36,916 bases of DNA, taken from NCBI GenBank assembly GCA_041736305.1, contig JBGSTX010000222.1:1-36916 (forward strand), given 5' to 3'. The number at the start of each line of letters is the position of its first letter. Positions within the stretch are counted from its first letter, which is position 1. The stretch comes from Oligoflexus sp. Its GTDB lineage: Bacteria; Bdellovibrionota_B; Oligoflexia; Oligoflexales; Oligoflexaceae. Below are positions 17,568 through 27,502 of the stretch, piece after piece. The position numbers and the translations under genes were made by a program. Under the pieces are notes generated by a model. The model worked only from the letters and a program-made list of their open reading frames with translations, searched no databases and was not told the origin of the DNA.

Positions 17568-19304
17568 TTACCAAAATGTTCCTGCGTAGACAGCAAGTGT
17601 TGGTGAAATTAGGACAGATCCCTGCTCTTCACTAAAGTTTCGCACCAGGTCGAGCCGTGCCTCTGTACCGACGCGCAAGAGGTGATAGGCCCAGGTTGTA
17701 TCGACTCCAGCCCCAAATCCAAGGCTAGGTTGCAGCACAGATCGATTGCGGGCGGTAAATGCTTCTTCCTCTAGCTCGCGTTTGATGTAGAGAGCCCCTG
17801 CTCCCGCTAACCAGCGCGCTTCGGTACGAACGCTACGGTCAGCCCGTGTCAAAATATCCAGGGGGTAGCGGCGACTGAGACCAACCAGGGCGCTGACCAT
17901 GCTGCGCTTCTGCTTGAACTTGCGAAAGCTTCCTTCGTCACCTTTAACTTCGATCGACTCATTTTGCTCGGGATAGAGCGTCAGCTCCAACGCGAGGTCG
18001 TGTACCCACACAGCTTCCTCGAGGGTGTAGCGAAGGTCGATACCCTGCGCACTTTTCGGTGCATAGCCGTCCTGAACATCACCGTCAATGAATTGCTGCA
18101 CCCGTAGACCCATCGTCAAACTATGAGGGAGTCTCGGCAAGAGATAGTTCGCTATCGAATACTCACGGCCAGCCTGGAAATTGACGACGCGATCGGTGAG
18201 AATTTTCTGCGAATCGGGATCGCGCACGGTAAGGCGCACATCGCCCTCCGGTACGGTAAGACCTTTGGTAACCGAACCGTATTCCTTGCCGTCGATGGCA
18301 ACCACGAGTTTGGAGAAGCGGTCCATCAGCGAGAAGAGGCTAGCTCCCGCTGAGCGTTTTTTCAGCTCACCTGAGACGATGATAGGATCAGAGCCGAGCA
18401 GTTCCATGATTGCCGAAGGACGCTGACGCCCTTGGGTGTACGCGTAGGTCGCTTGGCTTGCGTAAGCATGGGCTTCCGTGATGGAGACCGCACCGTCACC
18501 GTTGCGATCCTGCTTAAAGCCTTCGATGAGAAAGTGGGTGTAAACATCATTTCCAAGCCGCTCATCTTCGAGGGCAGGTTCACGCCAGCCGCTAGCGGTG
18601 AGGATGATCGAACCTTCTGATCGTTCTTGAATAGGCTCTTCGAAGTAAGGCGCCTTCAGCTGCGCAAGAGCACGCTTCATTTCGGGCGTGAGCACCGATT
18701 TGCCGACCCCTGAGTGGCAAAAGGCGAGGATCAGTACCTTCTTCCGCGACTTTAGTTTTTGAAATAGATCGACCAGCTCATCGTAGTCGACGGCGGTATT
18801 CTTCATATTTTGGGGATCGGTTCCGCTCATGATGATGTAGCGACCGACTTTGCCGTCTTCCTTGTAGGCAACCGTGCCGTGAGTCGACAGGTAAACGACG
18901 ACGGTATCTTCCTCGTTCCGATTGTCTTGATCGATTCTCTCGAAGGCTCGTTTCACATCGCTTGGCATTACGGATTTTTCACCATCGATGAGCAGCTCTC
19001 CACCATCGAAGGTATGAGCGTCTTCGCGGAAGTAGCGATAAACATCTTCAGCATCTTTTCGAGCGTAGCGGAGTTGGCGCCAAAGCGGGTTTTCAAACTG
19101 GCCGACACCGATGGAAAGCACAAACTTTTTAGGTCGTAGACTTTCGACGACGGCATTTTCAGGAGCCGCCTCTAGCGACCATGGCCTGAGACTGAAGCCA
19201 AACGCGAGGAGGCAAAGCAGAGGGATAATGCGGAGAGATTTATACACGGCTAAACTCCTGAGTGACAGCCGCGCCAACCTATCCGTAAATCCCCTTGAGG
19301 TCAA
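17568..19304 (-). CDS. Exported caspase-family (peptidase C14-like) protease with a predicted C-terminal outer-membrane beta-barrel
   Basis: Signal-like N-terminus; VLSIGV..F.....LRYARKDAE; catalytic His in VVVYLSTHG and Cys in VLILAFCHSG; ILTAS, VYTHFLIEG and Q.P motifs. The C-terminus has amphipathic strands ending AVYAGTFW. Confidence 0.85.
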   Translation of the reverse strand: MTSRGFTDRLARLSLRSLAVYKSLRIIPLLCLLAFGFSLRPWSLEAAPENAVVESLRPKKFVLSIGVGQFENPLWRQLRYARKDAEDVYRYFREDAHTFDGGELLIDGEKSVMPSDVKRAFERIDQDNRNEEDTVVVYLSTHGTVAYKEDGKVGRYIIMSGTDPQNMKNTAVDYDELVDLFQKLKSRKKVLILAFCHSGVGKSVLTPEMKRALAQLKAPYFEEPIQERSEGSIILTASGWREPALEDERLGNDVYTHFLIEGFKQDRNGDGAVSITEAHAYASQATYAYTQGRQRPSAIMELLGSDPIIVSGELKKRSAGASLFSLMDRFSKLVVAIDGKEYGSVTKGLTVPEGDVRLTVRDPDSQKILTDRVVNFQAGREYSIANYLLPRLPHSLTMGLRVQQFIDGDVQDGYAPKSAQGIDLRYTLEEAVWVHDLALELTLYPEQNESIEVKGDEGSFRKFKQKRSMVSALVGLSRRYPLDILTRADRSVRTEARWLAGAGALYIKRELEEEAFTARNRSVLQPSLGFGAGVDTTWAYHLLRVGTEARLDLVRNFSEEQGSVLISPTLAVYAGTFW

Positions 19305-19390
19305 TGCCTTTCACCTCTCCTGGCAAGCGTCAAAGCTTCTCAGCTAAAGGCATTCAGGCATTTGCCAGCGAGTACGATAATCTCTGCATA

Positions 19391-22141
19391 CTAGTCATTT
19401 TTACGCAGCAGAGGCAGCTTATAGACTTCCTCCGGATATTGCCCGATGGTGCCCGAGCCTATATTGCGCCGGATATCCCCGTAAGCTTCGGAGGCTATCC
19501 AGTGTTCGAGTTCCCAACGCAGACTGAGGGGGCTGCGCATTTTTTCGAGACTGGAGAGAGCCAAACTGTGATCCTGGAGCATGGAGGTCGTAAGCTTGGC
19601 TAAAAAACGCGCAAAGACCAACTGGGCCTTTTCATCATCGAAGAGTCGAGACAGCTGCGCAAGCTCGTACCAGGACTTTCTTTGCTGAGGACTGAGCGCT
19701 CGCAACCAGCGTCCGACTTTGCCCGGCATGGGCAGCTCGGCGCCACGTGACATCCGTGGCACGATCGCCTCTATCTGATGGTGGAGGAGACTCAACTGCC
19801 AATCCCAGGCGGTGATACCCAATCTCTGGGCCAAGGCCATGAAGAGAAGGGCCCACTTGGTATCGAGCAGGCTGCCGAAGAAGGGCGGCTTTTTCTGCCA
19901 GAGCCCTTTCGATTGCGCACTGTACATTTTCTTCGGCTGCGGCAGCCAAGTCGCGCGTTCGAGAGCGTTGTGTATCTCGCTTTCGCTCTCGGTCAAGCCA
20001 CGACCTTTCTTTACGGGCAGGAGGTGCTGATTGAGGGTAGCGAGAAGCTCGGGTATCAGCGGCCCGATGCACACGAGACCTTCGACCAGCTTTTTCTCGT
20101 TGCCTTCGAAGGTACTCAAGATCCTTTTAATGTGTACTTCTTGCAGATCGACGAGAGAGAACTCCCGTTTTTTCTCGCCGCAGATGCCCCAATGCCTTTC
20201 GAGCCCTTCGTTCATCACCTGCCTGACGCGAGCCAGCGTTGCGATGCGCCAGCACTGGTCGTAGCGTTTCAATTGAAAGCTGAGCTGCCAGAGCCGGGCC
20301 AGATCGCTATTGATGTAGTGGGTGAGGTAAGCCTTCCGCTCGAGGACCAGACTCTCAAGCTGCGCCTGTCCCCTCTCGCGGGTGAGATTCTCTAAACCTT
20401 CTATAACCGTCCGACTCGGTTGCACGACCTGCTGCAAATAACTGCTGACGTCCGCTTCGGTGATTTCACGCGTCTCGCCGACCAAGCGCACGATCAGCAG
20501 GAGTCTTTGCCGCTGTCCTTCGTCAAGTCTTTCCGTCTTGCTGATCCAGTGCAGCAGGCCTCGATGCAGTTTGCTCCAGCTGATGGCGAGCGGCTCTTGG
20601 CTATGGGCTTCGGCTTCCCCATAGAGCCGTCGGGCATCCCAGAGCAGCATCTCATCGGCTCCCAGATTCCAAGTAAACGCGTGTACTTTAGCGATAGCCT
20701 GCCAGGTCCAGTTGCGCAGAGGATCGCCAAAGTCGTGCTCTTCGACAGCGTGCCAGATGGCATGATCGTAAGCAGGACGGTTGAACTGAGTCGCTTGCAT
20801 CTGAAAGAGATGGAGGATGTTAGGGAGCAGATACTCGAGCTGCTGGTACTGGAGCAGAACTTCAGCCAGCGACTGCCAAGCTTCTACTGTCTCGGGAAAC
20901 CACTGCATGGGCGACTTCAGCCACTCATTGAGGGCGGCACGATCTTTGGGAGCCCCCGCTTCAAAACGCTGGATGCGGAGCAAGAAAGAATCGAGCAAAC
21001 CGATCCGGCCGCGCCAGTCGAGCTCTCTTTGCATCTTCTGCCCGTATGTGCAGAGACCATCCTGATCGCGCTCCACCCGGATATCGAGCAGAATATCGAG
21101 GGCGCGCTGAAACTCAGGAGCCGTGCGCGGAATGTTTTCGAGCAGTTGAATGGCCAGAGACTCGTCGCGCTCGCGCAAGGCAACTTCGCCCAACATGAGA
21201 GACATACTGCTGTCGCTGAGTTTTACCTGGCCTCCGTATTGCTTCAGAGCCATCCAAATTTCTTGATCGTGTCGACGAAAGTACTTGTACGCCGCCTCGC
21301 TCTGATCGGCTTCGATATAGGACCAGCAGCAGTAGAGACGTTCGATAGGCAGGAGCCGCAGCGTCAGATCCTTGCGAAAGAGCAGTCCATCGAGCACCGC
21401 GCGCCTTTTAGCCTGCCAGAGCTTAGAGACGACATGGACCCGAATATCAGCCGTGATCTGCAGATAAAACGCGACCGAATGTTTGGCCAGACTACCCAGA
21501 ACTTCTTCGAGTTCAGAGGCGGAGCCGTAGAGAAAGGCGAGTTCGCTCAGGCGTGCGGCTACATCGGGACGCGGAAAATTTTCGTAGAGGTTCCAGGCTT
21601 CCGTGCGGAACGAAGCCCAGCTCTGCTGGGTTTCAATCTTTTTGCGCAGTTTAAGTTCGGCTTCGAGGGCCTGATCCAGTCGTTCTTGGGGGGCAGCTAG
21701 CGGCGCAGTTTCGGCGACTTTAGCCCGAAGAGGCTCGGCATTCGTTTCAGCTCGGCGCTTAGCTTCCGCGTTTTCTAAGTTCTCGACGGGAGGAAGCGGC
21801 TGTACTGCAAGTTTATCCTGCAGATGTTCTGCCGGATAAGCCAGTAGCTCAGCGAGGGGTATCGATATGTTTTCCTCAGCAGAGCTCACAGCCGTAGTCA
21901 GGGACTCATCCCGCTGGGCACCTTTCCGGAAGCTAAACTCATCATTTAACTTTACTGGCGCACCAATACTAGCCGGAGATCTGGCGGTGGTCTGGAGGAG
22001 CGAGGCTTTGAGATCGGAAACTGTTTCCGGCTTGAGGCCAAGTTTTTCAGCCCAGCGCAAAAGGCGCAAGTTCTGAGGAAGGTCGCTCTGCATCGCATCC
22101 TGCGCCTTTTCAGGCCCTTCACCGCCCTTGTCCTTCTCCAT
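19391..22141 (-). CDS. Large (about 916 aa) alpha-helical hypothetical protein, TPR/solenoid-like
   Basis: Long ORF with GGAGGG RBS before ATG 22141 (MEKDKGG); Leu/Trp-rich helical composition; no catalytic motif recognised. Confidence 0.75.
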   Translation of the reverse strand: MEKDKGGEGPEKAQDAMQSDLPQNLRLLRWAEKLGLKPETVSDLKASLLQTTARSPASIGAPVKLNDEFSFRKGAQRDESLTTAVSSAEENISIPLAELLAYPAEHLQDKLAVQPLPPVENLENAEAKRRAETNAEPLRAKVAETAPLAAPQERLDQALEAELKLRKKIETQQSWASFRTEAWNLYENFPRPDVAARLSELAFLYGSASELEEVLGSLAKHSVAFYLQITADIRVHVVSKLWQAKRRAVLDGLLFRKDLTLRLLPIERLYCCWSYIEADQSEAAYKYFRRHDQEIWMALKQYGGQVKLSDSSMSLMLGEVALRERDESLAIQLLENIPRTAPEFQRALDILLDIRVERDQDGLCTYGQKMQRELDWRGRIGLLDSFLLRIQRFEAGAPKDRAALNEWLKSPMQWFPETVEAWQSLAEVLLQYQQLEYLLPNILHLFQMQATQFNRPAYDHAIWHAVEEHDFGDPLRNWTWQAIAKVHAFTWNLGADEMLLWDARRLYGEAEAHSQEPLAISWSKLHRGLLHWISKTERLDEGQRQRLLLIVRLVGETREITEADVSSYLQQVVQPSRTVIEGLENLTRERGQAQLESLVLERKAYLTHYINSDLARLWQLSFQLKRYDQCWRIATLARVRQVMNEGLERHWGICGEKKREFSLVDLQEVHIKRILSTFEGNEKKLVEGLVCIGPLIPELLATLNQHLLPVKKGRGLTESESEIHNALERATWLPQPKKMYSAQSKGLWQKKPPFFGSLLDTKWALLFMALAQRLGITAWDWQLSLLHHQIEAIVPRMSRGAELPMPGKVGRWLRALSPQQRKSWYELAQLSRLFDDEKAQLVFARFLAKLTTSMLQDHSLALSSLEKMRSPLSLRWELEHWIASEAYGDIRRNIGSGTIGQYPEEVYKLPLLRKND

Positions 22142-22295
22142 GCACCCTCCTGCCGACTCGCTATTTAGGATCATTTTAGCACACTCCCAAGATTTCTTAG
22201 CCGTCCTTCTGGCCAAGAGGCCTTGACCTTTAATGGGCCCTCTTATATGTCTCGGTCAGTCGTGAAGATAAATACAAGTAAGCGGACAAATTGAC

Positions 22296-23744
22296 ATGTT
22301 TCAACTGTTAGCGCTCGATCTCGATGGCAGCATCGTTGATCTTCTCGAACGAGAGTCGAAGGAGTTGGGCGGAACTGTAAGTACGGCGAGCAATCACTAC
22401 GAGCTCGTAGTCAAATGCCAAGAGTGTCGCTACGATGCCCTCTTTATCGATCTCGATCATCCGCGCTCGGGAACTGTTGAAGAAATCGAACAGTTTCGCA
22501 TGATCTCACCTCAGCTTCGTTCCTTTGTCGTCACTTCGCTACCGCAGTGGGAGCAGGCCGTCCTAGCCATCAGGTCGGGTGCTGAAGACTACATGGCTAA
22601 ACCTCTGAATCCAGAAAAGCTGCGGGCGATTCTGCAGACTCTGCAGCGCAGTCCTCTGCATCGGCCCGAGACGGGCAGTCTAGAATTTCAGAAGTCCAAG
22701 CGCATTATTGGGCGTTCGGCTGCGATCCGCAAAGTTTACGATCTCATTCAGAAGCTTGCCCGCGTCGACACCTCAGTGCTTATTCGAGGGGAAAGCGGTA
22801 CGGGTAAGGAGTTGGTTGCTCAGGCTCTGCACTACAACTCCGTGCGCCGCCAAGGGCCTTTCGTCGCCGTCAACTGCGGCGCCATTCCTGAGAACCTGAT
22901 CGAGAGCGAACTCTTCGGCTACGAGAAAGGCACCTTCACCGGTGCTGATAAGAAGCGTCTCGGCAAATTTCAGTTTGCTAATGGGGGTTCGATTTTTCTC
23001 GACGAAATCGGCGACGTTTCGCCCCAGATGCAGGTCAAGCTCCTGCGCGTGCTGCAGGAGAGGAAGATCACTCCGGTCGGTGGCAATCAGGAGATTCCGG
23101 TCGACGTCCGGATTATTTCCGCCACCAACCGCAATCTTGAAAAGATGATGCAGGAAGGCAAGTTGCGCTCCGATCTCTACTATCGTCTCAACGTTATGCC
23201 GATTCCTCTGCCTCCGCTTCGAGCTCGTCAGGAAGATATCGAGGACCTGGCTAAGTTCATGATAGAGAAATTCAACAAGCTCCACGGACGCGGCATCAAA
23301 AAGCTCAGTGCTGATGCACGGGACGCTTTGATTCACTACGACTGGCCAGGCAATATCCGCGAATTGGAAAACGTCATCGAGCACGCCTTTATCATCGAGG
23401 GTAGCGACGTGATTCATTCCGATTCGCTGCCACCGCACATGGTTCAGCAGGTGGGCCAGAGCGAAAGCTCAGGAGCTCCCCTGTCGCAGATAGTCGCGAG
23501 TGAAAAACTGGACCAATCTATCGATGCCGAGCTCAAGCAGATCGAGCAGCTGCTGCCGGACGACAACAATTCTTTGAAGTATCCCGAACTCAAAGAGCAG
23601 TTTGAAAAAGAATTCATCAAGCGCGCCCTCAAAGCTTTCAACGGTCGCATCAATCAGACCGCTGAGCAAACGCAGATGACCAAGGTCACTCTCCTCCGTA
23701 AGCTTGAGAAGTACAACATCAACCCCAAAGAGTTCCAGCACTGA
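22296..23744 (+). CDS. Sigma-54-dependent response regulator (NtrC/AtoC family: REC-AAA+-HTH)
   Basis: Receiver residues (FIDLD, VVT, AKP); GESGTGKE; ESELFG.EKGTFTGA; FLDEIG; RSDLYYRLNV; WPGNIREL; Fis-type HTH. Confidence 0.95.
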   Translation: MFQLLALDLDGSIVDLLERESKELGGTVSTASNHYELVVKCQECRYDALFIDLDHPRSGTVEEIEQFRMISPQLRSFVVTSLPQWEQAVLAIRSGAEDYMAKPLNPEKLRAILQTLQRSPLHRPETGSLEFQKSKRIIGRSAAIRKVYDLIQKLARVDTSVLIRGESGTGKELVAQALHYNSVRRQGPFVAVNCGAIPENLIESELFGYEKGTFTGADKKRLGKFQFANGGSIFLDEIGDVSPQMQVKLLRVLQERKITPVGGNQEIPVDVRIISATNRNLEKMMQEGKLRSDLYYRLNVMPIPLPPLRARQEDIEDLAKFMIEKFNKLHGRGIKKLSADARDALIHYDWPGNIRELENVIEHAFIIEGSDVIHSDSLPPHMVQQVGQSESSGAPLSQIVASEKLDQSIDAELKQIEQLLPDDNNSLKYPELKEQFEKEFIKRALKAFNGRINQTAEQTQMTKVTLLRKLEKYNINPKEFQH

Positions 23745-23826
23745 AGATCAGGCAGCGTCAGGCTTTCGAGCTCTCTTAGCCGCGCGACGGCTAGGGAGTT
23801 TACGGCACGCATTGACTTCTGCTATC

Positions 23827-24399
23827 ATGGCGGGATTAGCGAATCTCAACCTGGTGGATCTTCTGGAAACTTTTCGCATCATCGGCATCGATCCTGGCTC
23901 GCGTATCACCGGCTTCGGTATTCTCGAAGTTCCACGCGGAATCGTGAATCTGAAAAAAATCGAAGTGATCGCGTTTGGAACCTTGCGCTCCAAAGCTGGC
24001 CTTTGCCATACCGACCGTGCCGGCTACCTCCACGAAGCTCTCTACCAGCTCGCGAGTCAGTATACGCCCGAAGTCTGCGTGATGGAGAAAGCCTTTACCG
24101 GCATCAATCCCTTATCTGCCTTGCGCCTAGGCGAAACCCGCGGTGCTCTCATTGCGGCCGTGCGCCGCCTGGGTATCAACGTTTCCGAGGTAACGGCCAC
24201 TCACGTAAAGAAGACCATCACGGGCCAGGGCCATGCCACGAAAGAGCAGATTGCGCTGGCTCTCAAGTACCTCCTCACTTTTGACCGCGGCGACCTTCCC
24301 TTCGATGTCAGTGATGCCGTTGCCATTGGTCTGTCTTATGGACTATCTTTAGGCTTATTGCATAAGCCGGCGAAGTCTTCGTTCAACATGCCGGTCTAA
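23827..24399 (+). CDS. ruvC: Holliday junction resolvase RuvC
   Basis: IIGIDPGSRITGFG, VMEKAF, LGETRG, VKKTITGQGHATKEQI, DVSDAVAI. The start is uncertain (23827 or GTG 23854). Confidence 0.93.
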   Translation: MAGLANLNLVDLLETFRIIGIDPGSRITGFGILEVPRGIVNLKKIEVIAFGTLRSKAGLCHTDRAGYLHEALYQLASQYTPEVCVMEKAFTGINPLSALRLGETRGALIAAVRRLGINVSEVTATHVKKTITGQGHATKEQIALALKYLLTFDRGDLPFDVSDAVAIGLSYGLSLGLLHKPAKSSFNMPV

Positions 24400-24421
24400 A
24401 GCTATCTCAAATTTCCATTAA

Positions 24422-25441
<1,020 letters not shown>

Positions 25442-25444
25442 GGC

Positions 25445-26695
25445 ATGGCTTTCGCTTATCCGGTCGCTTTTCGCTATCTGCAATCGAGTCGTGAGAACAG
25501 GTATTTCTCCTGGATCACTCTGCTTTCTCTCAGCGGTCTCGCCATCGGGGTAGCGGCTCTTATCGTCGTGCTTTCGGTCATCAATGGCTTCGAATTCGAG
25601 CTCAGAAACCGCTTCCTGCAGGCCAATGCTCATATCATGGCTTACCGCTATCCGGCTGGGATGGTGAATCCAGAAAAATGGGCAGCGATGATTCAAAAGG
25701 ATTTTCAGGCGAAAGTGCGAGGTACCTCGCCTTTTATCCATTACGAGACCATGGCCAAATATGGGGGCATCATGCAGGGGGTGCTGGTGCGCGGCATCGT
25801 CCCTCGTCAGCGAGAGAACGTGCAGAGTCTGCATGGTTTAATTCACCCGGACGAGGCTCTCGATAAGCTGCAGGCGGAAATCGACGAACTCGCCTCGGGC
25901 AAGCCGGAACCTGAGATACCTTCGATAATCGTTGGCGCGGGTTTGCTGGGAATATTCAACGCCAAGATCGGTGACACCATTTACCTGATCGCTCCCTCGG
26001 AAAACCGCTTCTCAGATATGAAGCGCTTCAAGATCATAGCTACCTACAACTCGGGTCTCAAACATTATGACAATCGACTGATAGCGATGAGTCTCACGTC
26101 CGCCCAAAAGTTTTTCAATATGGGTGAAACCGTGACAGGGCTTGAGATTGGTCTCAATGACCCCGATCTGAGTCCTCCGGTCGCGAGGGAGATGGAAGAA
26201 AAATACAATCTCTCCTTTCGCGAGTGGCAGTCGCACAACAAACCGCTGATCGATGCCATGGAGCGCGAGCGCGTTGTCATCGCCTTGATTGTGGCGATGG
26301 TGGTGCTGGTAGCTGGATTCAATATACTCTCAACGGTTTTCGTGTCGGTAAGTCAAAGACAGCGGGATATCTCTATCCTCAAGGCTTTGGGGGCAAACAA
26401 TCGGCAGGTGATCGGTCTCTTCTTAATTCAGAGTCTTTCGATCGGCATTGTTGGAAGCGTGGTTGGCGTCATCATGGCTGGAGGAATTTCCTATATCCTC
26501 AAGACTTATCCTTTCATTGATCTGCCGGAGCCTTACTTTCTCACGAGTTTGCCCGTCCATTACAGCTCCTCTGTTTATGGCGGTGTCTCAGCATGCGCTA
26601 TCTTAATTTGTCTTATAGCGGGCCTTTATCCTGCTTTTGTAGCATCACGCGTTATACCCACAGAGGGTATAAAGGGCACGGGAGAAGCCCTCTGA
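25445..26695 (+). CDS. Lipoprotein-releasing ABC transporter permease (LolC/LolE/LolF family)
   Basis: IGVAALIVVLSVINGF, a periplasmic MacB-like domain, VAGFNILST, DISILKALGA, GLYPA. Confidence 0.9.
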   Translation: MAFAYPVAFRYLQSSRENRYFSWITLLSLSGLAIGVAALIVVLSVINGFEFELRNRFLQANAHIMAYRYPAGMVNPEKWAAMIQKDFQAKVRGTSPFIHYETMAKYGGIMQGVLVRGIVPRQRENVQSLHGLIHPDEALDKLQAEIDELASGKPEPEIPSIIVGAGLLGIFNAKIGDTIYLIAPSENRFSDMKRFKIIATYNSGLKHYDNRLIAMSLTSAQKFFNMGETVTGLEIGLNDPDLSPPVAREMEEKYNLSFREWQSHNKPLIDAMERERVVIALIVAMVVLVAGFNILSTVFVSVSQRQRDISILKALGANNRQVIGLFLIQSLSIGIVGSVVGVIMAGGISYILKTYPFIDLPEPYFLTSLPVHYSSSVYGGVSACAILICLIAGLYPAFVASRVIPTEGIKGTGEAL

Positions 26696-26788
26696 GCCAA
26701 AAGCCGTGCGCGAAACAAGCTGAAAAATTGTTTGTAAATCAAGGTATCTCAAGGCTAAGATAGGCGGTGTTTTTCATATGAGGCAGAC

Positions 26789-27484
26789 GTGGGGTCACCG
26801 TTGAGTAACGACGAGGCTACGGCGAAGAAAAAGAAGATACCAGCGGGAACCATTCCTTTGATGATGGCGGGTGACCTACTTTTGGCACGATCGAGCAATC
26901 GTGAGTACAGCCAGGTTTTTCGGCGCTATGAGGCGATACTCGAGGTCTTAGCCAATATGGATAGGGATGAGCGAATCATGAACTACAAGTTTTTGATCGC
27001 TCTGATATTGACTAGCCACGCAAAAAAACTTCAGAGCGTGCAGGAGCGCAAGGCGCTCTTTGACCTTAAAAATGAGCTTTATTTCAACGTCGCCAACAAT
27101 AAAAATTTGCGTCGCAAAATTGCCTTTCGCTATCTGGTGTCAAAGAATTTTCGCGTCGTCACTTTCTGCGAACCCTGTCAGGCGAAGAATACAGCGGAGA
27201 AGCTCGAACGTCACAAGTGGAAGTTCTGTCGCAACTGCGTTGTCGATAGGAAATTCTACAACGTGCTGCAGATGTCGCATCACTTTGAAAAAGGAACCGT
27301 TGCTCTCTATCTGAGCAACGATTTGGTTCACAAAGTTGAAAATCTGAAAGTGACGCAAAAAGGCAAGCTAGAGAATCAGAAAGAAGAAGGTCGCTTTGAC
27401 AAGTTTCACTACAACGTCAAAAACCTCGATATCTTCACTCTTGAATCGGTAAAGAAGGTGCAGGCCCGCCTGCTTCTGATATAG
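26789..27484 (+). CDS. Basic hypothetical protein with two CxxC motifs
   Basis: 231-aa ORF with FCEPCQ...FCRNC; Lys/Arg-rich. Confidence 0.7.
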   Translation: MGSPLSNDEATAKKKKIPAGTIPLMMAGDLLLARSSNREYSQVFRRYEAILEVLANMDRDERIMNYKFLIALILTSHAKKLQSVQERKALFDLKNELYFNVANNKNLRRKIAFRYLVSKNFRVVTFCEPCQAKNTAEKLERHKWKFCRNCVVDRKFYNVLQMSHHFEKGTVALYLSNDLVHKVENLKVTQKGKLENQKEEGRFDKFHYNVKNLDIFTLESVKKVQARLLLI

Positions 27485-27502
27485 AAGAGACGGACCTAAA
27501 GC

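Noticed and set aside
15236-19304. Type III-E CRISPR (Craspase) locus, suggested by caspase-fold protease plus sigma
   Set aside because: No cas genes or repeat-spacer array are in the window, and the protease is C14-like and exported rather than TPR-CHAT.
20420-21700. 426-aa plus-strand ORF (also 19778-20395)
   Set aside because: It is antisense to the 916-aa gene, has no recognisable motif, and fits a shadow ORF caused by codon bias.
22773-23438. 221-aa ORF antisense to the sigma-54 activator
   Set aside because: It is a shadow of the conserved AAA+ domain with no independent evidence.
23704-23826. Upstream-extended starts in the ORF track (ruvC 23704; likewise ffh 10501, pstB 3311, 8244, 22216)
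   Set aside because: These extensions overlap neighbouring genes or promoter-like sequence and lack family similarity. Downstream starts fit better.
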